From Clostridia bacterium (GTDB taxonomy: Bacteria > Bacillota > Clostridia > UMGS1883 > UMGS1540), in the NCBI GenBank assembly GCA_045533905.1, contig JAZSIR010000001.1:1-64000 (forward strand): a stretch of 64,000 nt of DNA, given 5' to 3'. The notes beneath the pieces are model-generated. The model worked only from the letters and a program-made list of their open reading frames with translations, had not been told where the DNA came from and did not search any database. This document shows positions 26,237 to 35,191 of the stretch, one piece after another. A program made the position numbers and the translations under genes. How positions within the stretch are numbered: the stretch's first letter is position 1; each line of letters opens with the position of its first letter.

Positions 26237-26410
26237 TCGTGGAAATTGAACCTTGAAAACTTAATAGCCGAACCGCAAGGGATACATTCTCGGGGAAGTG
26301 TCGCCACGATATGAGCGCACCAAGAGATGAAAATACGATGTCGGTGTCAAACAAGGCAGGAGGTCAGGAACTGTAGCGGAAGTCGGTGCTAAAATAATTA
26401 TATGAAGGGA

Positions 26411-26575
26411 ATGATGTTTATGAAATCTATGAATATAGAGATAGAAAAGGCTGTTGCCAAGGCTATGATTTTAAACCTGTTAAAAGCAAACCTTATAAGC
26501 GATGAGGAAGCAAACAAGCTGATAGATAAAGCCTTTGATGCATTAAGCGAGCCTTTAATAGAAAACTCAGCATAA
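26411..26575 (+). CDS. Small SHOCT-like protein preceding recombinase cassette
   Basis: 54-aa ORF MMFMKSMNIEIEKAVAKAMILNLLKANLISDEEANKLID... with GAAGGGA RBS (below ORF-track cutoff). Confidence 0.6.
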   Translation: MMFMKSMNIEIEKAVAKAMILNLLKANLISDEEANKLIDKAFDALSEPLIENSA

Positions 26576-26667
26576 TCTTTTAGTTTTTGTTTAATATTTG
26601 TCTGGATATATTAAGTTATTTGTGGTATTGTTGTCTTGAAAAAAATATGGAAAGGAGTGTGAGGCTG

Positions 26668-28209
26668 ATGTCAGAAGTAATTGTTATCCAAGGAAATCAT
26701 ACAAAAAACGAACCTGTGTTAAAGCGAGTATCCGCTTATGCCAGAGTAAGCTCTGCTTCAGACGAACAGCAATACTCCTTCCATAATCAGGTTCAGCACT
26801 TTACAAGCTTGATACAGGGAAATCCCGATTGGAAATATGTAGACATATATGCCGATGAAGGTGTAACCGGCACAAGAGAGGACAAACGCAGTGAATTCAA
26901 CCGAATGATAAGAGATGCCGAGGATGGACTGATGGACATTATCATTACAAAATCAGTCTCACGCTTCGGCAGAAATGTTTCAGAGTGCCTAAGAACAGTA
27001 AAACATCTCAAGGATATTGGAGTTACCGTGATATTCGAAGAGGAAGGTCTTGATTCGGGAAAGCCTGCTGACTTTACAATGATATCTGTAAAAGCAGCAA
27101 TGGCAGAACAGGAATCAATCTCTACTGCTGAGAACGGCAGAATGGCAAACCGCCAGAGAATGAAGATGGGTACATTTGTTCAAAGCAATCCTCCAATCGG
27201 TTATACATTAAACGGCACGGAATTCGAGGTTAACGAGGAACAAGCCGATGTTATCAAACGAATATTTGCCGAATACCTGTCAGGAAGTGGTACAAGCAAA
27301 ATTGCCGATGGGCTTATGAAAGATAAAATTCCCAATAAGTATGGCAAGGTGCATTGGACACCGCAAAGTGTCAGCTATATCATAAATAACCCAAGATACA
27401 AAGGCGGTGCCCTGTTCCAGAAATCCTTTAAGACAGGATTTCCGTATAAGAAAAAGAAGAACACAGGCGAACTGCCGATGTATTATGCAGAGGATGCCAA
27501 TATCCCCATAGTAAGTGCAGAAGACTTTGACAAAGCAGCCGAGCTTATGCAGACAAGGCGTGAAAAGCATGCCCAGGAAAACAACGAGAATGCAAGTATC
27601 TTTGCAAAGAAGATATATTGCAGGCACTGCGGTTCCACTTATCGATATAAAAATGGTACAGATACATGGGTATGCAGAACACACGATAAAGGCACAGACA
27701 AATGTCAGGCAATGCCTGTAAGCGAAGAAATGCTTAAAAAGGCATTTGTTCAAATGTATAATAAGCTGAAAGCAAATTATGAGCATATCCTTCTCCCGTT
27801 CTTAACACAGGTAGAGGCTATGAAGATAAACAAGGCAGAGCAAGATAGAATTGCTGATATCAACATGCAAATAGCACAGAATACAGAGCAGGTTTTATCG
27901 CTCCGAAGACTAAAGAGTCAGGAGCTGATAGAGCCTGCTTTCTATATTCAGGAGCTTAACCGCTTTGATAAGCAAACAATGGAACTTCGGAAAAAGAAAA
28001 ATGCCATACTGCACAACAACCGATATGATGACATTATCTCAAAGACCAGAAAAATCATAAGAGAAATGGAATCGGCTTGTGCAATAGGCAAATTCGATGC
28101 TGATAGCTTCAAAAATCTTGTAAGCAGAATTGAAGCAGATAATGAAATAATAACCTTTATCCTCATAAACGGAATGGGGCTTGAGGTTAGCAAAAAGGAG
28201 GTGTTATAA
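26668..28209 (+). CDS. Large serine recombinase 1
   Basis: AYARVSS catalytic Ser, YADEG.TG, TKSVSRFGRN, recombinase domain, CRHCG zinc ribbon. Confidence 0.92.
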   Translation: MSEVIVIQGNHTKNEPVLKRVSAYARVSSASDEQQYSFHNQVQHFTSLIQGNPDWKYVDIYADEGVTGTREDKRSEFNRMIRDAEDGLMDIIITKSVSRFGRNVSECLRTVKHLKDIGVTVIFEEEGLDSGKPADFTMISVKAAMAEQESISTAENGRMANRQRMKMGTFVQSNPPIGYTLNGTEFEVNEEQADVIKRIFAEYLSGSGTSKIADGLMKDKIPNKYGKVHWTPQSVSYIINNPRYKGGALFQKSFKTGFPYKKKKNTGELPMYYAEDANIPIVSAEDFDKAAELMQTRREKHAQENNENASIFAKKIYCRHCGSTYRYKNGTDTWVCRTHDKGTDKCQAMPVSEEMLKKAFVQMYNKLKANYEHILLPFLTQVEAMKINKAEQDRIADINMQIAQNTEQVLSLRRLKSQELIEPAFYIQELNRFDKQTMELRKKKNAILHNNRYDDIISKTRKIIREMESACAIGKFDADSFKNLVSRIEADNEIITFILINGMGLEVSKKEVL

Positions 28210-29073
28210 ATGGCAAACCGTTACCTTGCATTCGGCTACAAAATAGCTGACGGCAAACTTTGTGTTGAAGAAACTGAGGCAGAACTTGTAAAGGCGACCT
28301 TTACACTGTATGCGGCAGGAAAATCCTACAGCCAAATTGCTGAAAGATTTACCTTAAGCGGAATCAGATACAACATTGATTTTGACAAATGGAATAAAAA
28401 TATGGTAAAGCGGATAATTGAAAACGATAAATATATCGGCAGGAACGGTTATCCGCAAATCATAGAAGAAAAGCTCTATAACAAGGCGAACAAGACAAGA
28501 ATTTCAAAAGTCATAAATAAACCGCCTGAAAAAGCAGAGCTTGACAACTTCCTTCGGTCTCATTCGGAATGCCCGGTTTGCAGCTCCCCGATAAAAAGGC
28601 AGAATCAATGCTACGGCGAGAATAGGTCTGTGGCATATAAATGTACCAATTCTGTATGCCCGGCGAAATCTGTTAAAGAGAATCGACTTGTAAATCTCAT
28701 AACGGAATTGCTTAACGAAATTGCAAATGATTTAAGTCTTGCAGATGAACCTGTTATAACCGCAATTCCCGATGATGAACTGACAGACGATATGGCAAAC
28801 GATATCTACATAAAAATGCTGACGGAATACGATAAGGATGAAGTGCTTGCAGACATATATGAGCTTGCAAAATTCAAATTCCGAAACAGTATCAAAACAG
28901 ATATGAGTGCAGTTACAGAAAGAATAAAAAAAGAGCTTTGCAAGTATGGGATACTTACAGAGCCTCATCTTCCGCTTATGCAGAAAATTATATCAAAATT
29001 CTATGTAGGCGGTCAGGAAGAGCTTTCTATACTGCTTACCAATGGAAAATTAATAACAAGGAGTGTGAATTAA
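28210..29073 (+). CDS. Recombinase-domain protein lacking catalytic resolvase domain (middle gene of triple cassette)
   Basis: FGYKI.DG, WNKNMVKRIIEN.KY.G, CPVC/YKC zinc motif. Confidence 0.8.
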   Translation: MANRYLAFGYKIADGKLCVEETEAELVKATFTLYAAGKSYSQIAERFTLSGIRYNIDFDKWNKNMVKRIIENDKYIGRNGYPQIIEEKLYNKANKTRISKVINKPPEKAELDNFLRSHSECPVCSSPIKRQNQCYGENRSVAYKCTNSVCPAKSVKENRLVNLITELLNEIANDLSLADEPVITAIPDDELTDDMANDIYIKMLTEYDKDEVLADIYELAKFKFRNSIKTDMSAVTERIKKELCKYGILTEPHLPLMQKIISKFYVGGQEELSILLTNGKLITRSVN

Positions 29074-29075
29074 AG

Positions 29076-30680
29076 ATGGCAAATGTAATCGAAATACCTG
29101 CAACAAAATCATATTTCGGGCATAGTGCAAAGCGAGTCCTGAATGTGGGTGCTTATGCGAGAGTCAGCACCGAGGCGGAGCAACAAGCAAAAAGCTTTGA
29201 AACTCAGGTTGAACACTATACCAAACTGATCAAAGAAACTACCGGTTGGAAATTTGTAGATGTATATGGCGATGAAGGTATCAGCGGAACCTCTATATAC
29301 AACCGACCAGAGTTTCAGAGAATGATGAATGATTGCAGAAAAGGCAGGCTGGACTTAATAATAATTAAATCAGTATCAAGATTCGGCAGAAATTCCGCCG
29401 AGAGCTTACAATGTATCAGAGAACTTAAGGATTTAGGTGTCGGAGTAATATTTGAAAAGGAAGGTATCAATACCCTCAACTATACGACCGAGATGTTCAT
29501 TGCACTGCATACCATATTCGCTCAATCCGAAAGTGAGTCGATGAGTGAAAATATAAAAATGGGCAGAAGTTACAGATACCGTGAGGGTAAGTGCTGCTAT
29601 AACTTTAACGGAGTATACGGCTTCAGTCAGGACGATGAAAAAAACATATCAGTGGAAATCGGCAAAGCAATCAATGTCAGGTTCATCTTCGACTGCTTCA
29701 TAAAAGGTATGAGCATAGAACAAATTGTCAATGCACTTGCCGAAAGAGAAATCCCCTCTCCGAGAGGTAAAGAAAGATGGTCGCCCGGCTCAGTGGAAAG
29801 AATACTTAAGAATGAAAAATATGCAGGTGATGTTCTGACCTCAAAGACATTAACTCTTGATCCAATCTCAAAGAAAAAGGTAAAGAACACAGGTCAGGCT
29901 CCGCAGTATTATATCAGAGACCATCATCCGCCAATCGTAGAACGAGAACTGTTCGACAGTGTACAAGAGGAAATTAGCCGACGTGGATGTATCAAAAAGT
30001 TTGATAAAAAACAAAGCTATGGAAAATACAGCGGGAAATTTCCTTACAATGACTTAATATTCTGTGGTGAGTGCGGTGCCAAATACAGACGAACAGAATG
30101 GAAAACCCGTAGCGGTGATAAGAAATATGTGTGGCGATGCCTGAACAGAATTCAGAACGGACAAGATTGCTGTAAGAATTCTCCTTCCATCAACAATAAC
30201 TTTATGAATGAGGTTACGCTCGAAGCTATCAATGCGATATACACAAGTAGAAAAAGAGTAAAGGACATATTAAAAAGCTCAATCGCCTCTCTACTCGGGG
30301 ATACCGAACAGCCAAAGATAAGTGCAAATATGGAAAAGCTTAATCTAATGAGCGACAGAATGCGTGAGGCTATATACCAAAATGCTAACGGTGAAATATC
30401 AACGGACGAGCTTGACAGAATATGTCTGGAAGTAAAGATGGAATCGCAAAGACTGCGTCAAGAGAATAAGGAATATGAGATGGAGAGAAAGATGAAATCA
30501 ACCGAGTCATCTAAGCTGAAGCTTATCTTCAAAGCCATTGATGGTATGGAAGATAAGGTGAGCGAGATTGATACACCTCTCATTCGAAGCATCATCGAAA
30601 GATACGAGGTTGTGTCAAAGAAAAAGATGATCATATGGTTCATCGGCGACATACCTTATGAGGTTGACCTACCGAAATAA
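29076..30680 (+). CDS. Large serine recombinase 2
   Basis: AYARVST, YGDEGISGT, KSVSRFGRN, NEKYAGD, CGECG, WRC. Confidence 0.92.
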   Translation: MANVIEIPATKSYFGHSAKRVLNVGAYARVSTEAEQQAKSFETQVEHYTKLIKETTGWKFVDVYGDEGISGTSIYNRPEFQRMMNDCRKGRLDLIIIKSVSRFGRNSAESLQCIRELKDLGVGVIFEKEGINTLNYTTEMFIALHTIFAQSESESMSENIKMGRSYRYREGKCCYNFNGVYGFSQDDEKNISVEIGKAINVRFIFDCFIKGMSIEQIVNALAEREIPSPRGKERWSPGSVERILKNEKYAGDVLTSKTLTLDPISKKKVKNTGQAPQYYIRDHHPPIVERELFDSVQEEISRRGCIKKFDKKQSYGKYSGKFPYNDLIFCGECGAKYRRTEWKTRSGDKKYVWRCLNRIQNGQDCCKNSPSINNNFMNEVTLEAINAIYTSRKRVKDILKSSIASLLGDTEQPKISANMEKLNLMSDRMREAIYQNANGEISTDELDRICLEVKMESQRLRQENKEYEMERKMKSTESSKLKLIFKAIDGMEDKVSEIDTPLIRSIIERYEVVSKKKMIIWFIGDIPYEVDLPK

Positions 30681-30857
30681 CGGCAGGTCCTTTTTACAAG
30701 AAATTTTCAAAAAGGCCTTGTAAAAAATATAGTTTTATGGTAGAATAAATCTTGTAAAAGAGATTTATTCTGCCTTTGGAATTGATAAGGGTAAAACCTT
30801 GAAACCCGCTTGAAATCAAGCAAAAATTAATGTGGCAGTAAAATCATATCGTTCTTA

Positions 30858-31031
30858 CACGTCGGAGCAAAGTACGCTTTGCTCCGTTTTTCTTTTATAA
30901 GAAAAACATTCGCCTACTTCCTCTCCCCTCCTTTTCGCAAAAGGTCACGTTCAAGTCGGCTATTCGCTTGTAAACGCGCTCATAACGCCTTTTTTCACTA
31001 CCAACCTTTTGCGAGTGTGCCTTCGGCACGA
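30858..31031. repeat. Multi-hairpin palindromic element at the island junction
   Basis: CGGAGCAAAG-TACG-CTTTGCTCCG, GTTTTTCTT...AAGAAAAAC, TCGCAAAAGGT...ACCTTTTGCGA and GTGCC-TTCG-GCAC stems. Confidence 0.55.
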
Positions 31032-31048
31032 TCTGTATTGTTATGTAT

Positions 31049-31083
31049 AAAAAGGGCAGATTTTATAGAAATCTGCCCTTTTT
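31049..31083 (-). terminator. Intrinsic terminator
   Basis: AAAAGGGCAGATTT-TATAG-AAATCTGCCCTTTT. Confidence 0.8.
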
Positions 31084-31084
31084 C

Positions 31085-34000
31085 TTATTTTTCTATTTGC
31101 TTTTTCACAAGGCTTTCGTCCCATCCATATTCTTTAATATATGTATCTGCCTCTTTTAGGGCCTTTTTGTCTGTGTAGGCATCATACGAGAAGATACCGT
31201 CCTCGACCATTTTCTCAATCGTCGGTAGCGCTTCGTCAGGGGTTGCCTTGGCTTCAAGGATTGTGCGAACGGTCTGCGATACTTTCTTGTTTTTTCCTGT
31301 TTTCTGAGGCACTTGTATGTCTCTGTGCGGTTTTTCTCCGCTTGGGATTGCGCCGTACCTTTCTATAAGCTCGTTGTAAAGTTCAGTACTTACGTGCCCT
31401 TTCTCTACATACTTTGCCAACTTGCGTTTGGCGGCCTCGTCCCCTTTTTGCAAGCCTTGAATGGTGGCAACATATTCCCTCTCCGAGAGCATGCCTTTGA
31501 GAGAAAAATCACTCTTGACTTTTTGTTCGGGATGTGCTACACTCTTGTTAAGGTCAGCACTTGTGTGCCCTGCCTCAGCATCTGTATTGATGCTTGCAGG
31601 GAAAGTGTTGGCCGTTTCTTTTTCCCAAACCCTGTGCACCCAGAATTTGTTTTTCTGCGGTGATTTTTTAATATCTAGGCGGATGGTAACGTCTTTTCCG
31701 TCGACCTCCAGCGTATGCTCGATGTACGCAAATTTTTTATTATCGCTGTTTCCGTATTGGTTTTGAACATTATCAGCAACAAGACGTCCTTTCTCGATGA
31801 TTTCTGGTAATCTCCTTATCGTAGCAAGCTTTGTAATTTTCTTATTCTTACCGAGACGTGCATAATTTTTCAAATTAAATGTCTCGTCGATTCCGCTTTT
31901 ATTTGTTTCAATAATCATACCGGAATCTTCGTTGACGTCTACTCTTTTTCGCTTCTCGGTATCTGTAAAAAAGTTTTCCCCGAGAAGAGTTTTTAGCACT
32001 TGTCTTTGCACGTGAATGTAATCCCCAGGCGCGTCAATCCCAAAACTTTCAAAGGTGCTTTTAACAAACTCGTCCGAATAGTTGCTCTCACGCCTCGCGG
32101 GGACGCTTTCAACCGCTTTTATATAGTCGGAGTCTTTGAGAGAAAAATCACTCTTGACAATTTTTTGGGGGTGTGATATATTATCCCTAGAGTAGTTCTC
32201 TTTAACGTCTTGGACGTACGCCTTGCGGATTTCATGCAAATCAGCGAGATATTGAGAACTACTCTGTTTTTTATGTATAGCATCAATCAAGCCATACAGG
32301 TTTGGAATACTATCTATCCCCGTTTTTACCATTTGCTTGTTAATAAGAAGTTTTTCTCTGTTATATTCCGTTGTTATTGCTTCGACATAATAAATCACAT
32401 CACCCGGCATTACTTTTACATAAATCAAACCCGGATCACCATTTGCGTTTGTTTTGTAAAATACTTTATCGTAATTTTCAACAATATACGGAATTAGCTC
32501 AACATCTGCTTCGGTAACAGGGTATTTTTCATTTGTTTTTTTGCCGTGGGAGTTCTTGATATGCCGAATATCATTATCGCGCAACGCATGAGAATAACCC
32601 GATATATCCACATCAGAAGATACTTCATTTATCAAATCCCTTCCAACCTTTAGGAATTTAATGTAAGATTTTTCATTATCGTTTAGATAGGCTTTTTCTA
32701 TGTACCGGTTGATGTCAGATTGCGTAACCTCAAAATCAAACACTTTATCCGCATATCCTAATGTCTTCAAGGAAAAGTCCACACCGCCCTCTGGAGCGGT
32801 GTTCTTTTGTCCGTCTATTCTCTTGAGTGAATAGCTCTTTTCTTCCGATTCTCTGAAGAGATTTTCGAGGACATTTCTAAAAGCTCGGCTTCCGTTGCGT
32901 TGGGATTGTCTCGGCAAAACTCCAACATTTTGATTGTGTCTTCCGCCTCCCAGGTTTCGAAGATTATTTTGACTACTGTTGACATTTTGCAACCAACTTC
33001 CTTGAGATACCCTTTGAGCAAAACTTGGTTTTCCGTTAATACCCTTGCCATCTTCTTCGTCCTCCAATAAATCAATTAAAATATCTAATTCAAAGCTTCC
33101 GTCATCGCCTTTTCTTTCGTAGAGGATTGTAGGATGTTCTGGGGTTTCCGTGCTGTATATGGCAAACAAAGCTTCTCCGTCAATTCTGCCTTTATACCAA
33201 CATCCAACCGTATCTGCGATTCTTTTAGGTTCGTGATTCTCAACCTGCCGAATCCAGTCTTCCAGCATTTTGAACTGCGTTGCGTTCAAATCTGTGCGCC
33301 ATTTTAACGAATAGCTTGTATTTCCATTATACTCCGCTCCCATGTTTTTTTCAAGAGTATCGGAGGAATTCTCTTTTTTGAGAGAAATTTCATTCTTGAC
33401 AGAATTTGAATTTTGTGGTATATTGTCATTAGAAACACTATCCCGTGTAGCCTGTCTTTCGGCAGGCAATCTGGTCATTCTTTCGAGAAGACCAATCTCG
33501 GCGGTAGTGTTTTCTTCAATCCCAACAATATCGTATAGGTATTTGTTGCCATCAGAAGCATTCCTAATCAACAGCTCGACATCAAAAGCTCGTACCTTTG
33601 TTATCTTTCCTCGATTATCTTTTATCGGGAAAGCAAAGGAATTAGCATAACGATACATACCATACTTCGCATCCTTATTATGTGTGTGCTGCGTCTTTTC
33701 CCACCTGCGATTCGTAGCTGTTTCTATCAATTCTCCAAAGCCGTCAACAGCTTTATTTTTACCTCTTGCGGCGGTGCGATTAACCCTACGGAGAAAAGTG
33801 GTGTACTTCGAATGCGTGTACTCTTGCGGCAAATCCTCGCCAATGTAGACCTTCTGCCCACTTTCTATAATCGTATAAACTTCGCCTATATGTTGTGCAA
33901 TGTAGCCTGCAACAGCTTGATGGCTGTTTAATTGCTTGTTGGTCAGTCCACTTTCTTCAATCCATACAAAGCTCTTGCCATCAACATTTTTCAAGCTAAA

Positions 34001-35160
34001 GTCTACGCCGTCCTCTGTGTCGGTGTTTTTTTGTGCCTCTGCGGTCTGTTTAGTATGAGCCTTTGCTTCCACCGCCTTTTTGTTTTCCACAGCCTTTGCG
34101 ACAGCAGTCTCAAACATATCGCGAAGACTTGTGATTTCGTCAAGCTTTGGCTGAATCTTTGCTTTTTCTTTGGCGCTCTTGCCTGCAAGAAAATCACGAA
34201 TTTTCCTAATCATCTCGGCAAGATACTCAATGTACTTCCGCAAGCCTTGCTTTGCCTTTTCGTCCGTGCCGTTGATGATGCTGTCAATAGCCTTATGGAA
34301 TCGCGCCTCATCGTTGCCGTAAAGGTAGAGAATGTTGTTTGCAGAAACTTCTTCCATTGCCTTTGCAAGAGATATTTCCTCGCCCTGTGCGGCGTATGCA
34401 CTTCGTTTTTGGTCTGCAACGGTAAATATAGACGGCTCATTGCCGGCAATGTGATTATACATCGCATACACAAACGCGCTGCCTTCTTCAGGGGCAAGGT
34501 CGACAACTCTATGCAGCGCTATTTCGTGCGCCGCATGGAAGACAATAGATACCTTCTGCCCGCCCACTTCTCTTTCAAAATCGAAGTCAATAGGCACTTC
34601 CCCCGTTTGCCTGTTGTACTCGGCGTTGCCTTTTAGGCCCTTTGCCATATACGCCTTTACGCCAAGTCCTTCTGCTAAAAGATTGAGCGTTGCAACCTCG
34701 CTTTGTTTAACATCGCTCGGCAGGTTTTCCGCAAGAACGCCGCTTTCCATATTTACAACTGCATTTCTAAACCTTTCTTTGGCGGCGAGGTCTTCCATTT
34801 TTCTGTCCATCTGCCCTGCCGTGAACGCATCTTCTTGTGCTTTGGATATAAATACGTCCTTGCCTTTTTTAACATTCAAGTCCGGTTGCTTAAAGCCTGT
34901 CATGTACGATGCCTTGACCTCTTCCAGCACTTTGTTAAAGGTTGCCCCGTCTGCATTCGAATAATTGGCCACAAGTTTCGCCCCTTCCTCGCCAAACCCC
35001 GTGACCTTTCTTACCTCGTCGGCGGTTATCTCCACGCCGTTCTCGGTGAGGACATCTAGTGTTTCGCTGCTTACGATTCCTCTTCTGCGGTTTTCAAGAA
35101 GGGTGTAACCGTCTACTCGATTTTTTCTACCGCGCCCATTGCCTTCCTTATACGCAAAAA
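31085..35160 (-). pseudogene. Truncated phage-type large polyvalent protein (LPD/PBECR/MuF-C-like modules)
   Basis: ~4-kb open frame without a credible start; modules separated by (D/Y)(F/S)SLK linkers; HE.A.H zincin-like motif, DIRHIKNSHG...IPYIVENYD nuclease-like module; ends in copy of host ligase C-terminus. Confidence 0.7.
32815..33051 (-). CDS. Small overprinted gene inside polyvalent ORF (alternative frame)
   Basis: GGAGG 9 nt before ATG; 78-aa helical-looking product MARVLTENQVLLKGYLKEVGC... Confidence 0.5.
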   Translation of the reverse strand: MARVLTENQVLLKGYLKEVGCKMSTVVKIIFETWEAEDTIKMLEFCRDNPNATEAELLEMSSKISSENRKKRAIHSRE

Positions 35161-35191
35161 GGCTGTGAAACCTAGGTTTCACATCCTTTTC
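35156..35191 (-). terminator. Terminator after acyl-CoA ligase
   Basis: Perfect 20-bp palindrome TGTGAAACCTAGGTTTCACA flanked by A/T runs. Confidence 0.7.

Larger units (their letters stand above)
1..30860. mobile_element. Integrative mobilisable element / genomic island, right part (left end outside window)
   Basis: Relaxase plus RHH gene at left, three tandem serine recombinase genes at right, accessory cargo between, visibly more AT-rich than the housekeeping region after 35.2 kb; right junction inferred near TTCTTACAC|GTCGGAGC. Confidence 0.75.

Noticed and set aside
30879-31178. 99-aa plus-strand ORF at the island junction
   Set aside because: Runs through palindromic repeat and terminator sequence; not protein-like
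35164-35183. Perfect 20-bp palindrome as operator or as start codon of the 1365-aa ORF
   Set aside because: It lies just after a stop codon and is flanked by A/T runs, so it is best read as a terminator; the ORF-track GTG start lies inside the hairpin and is not credible
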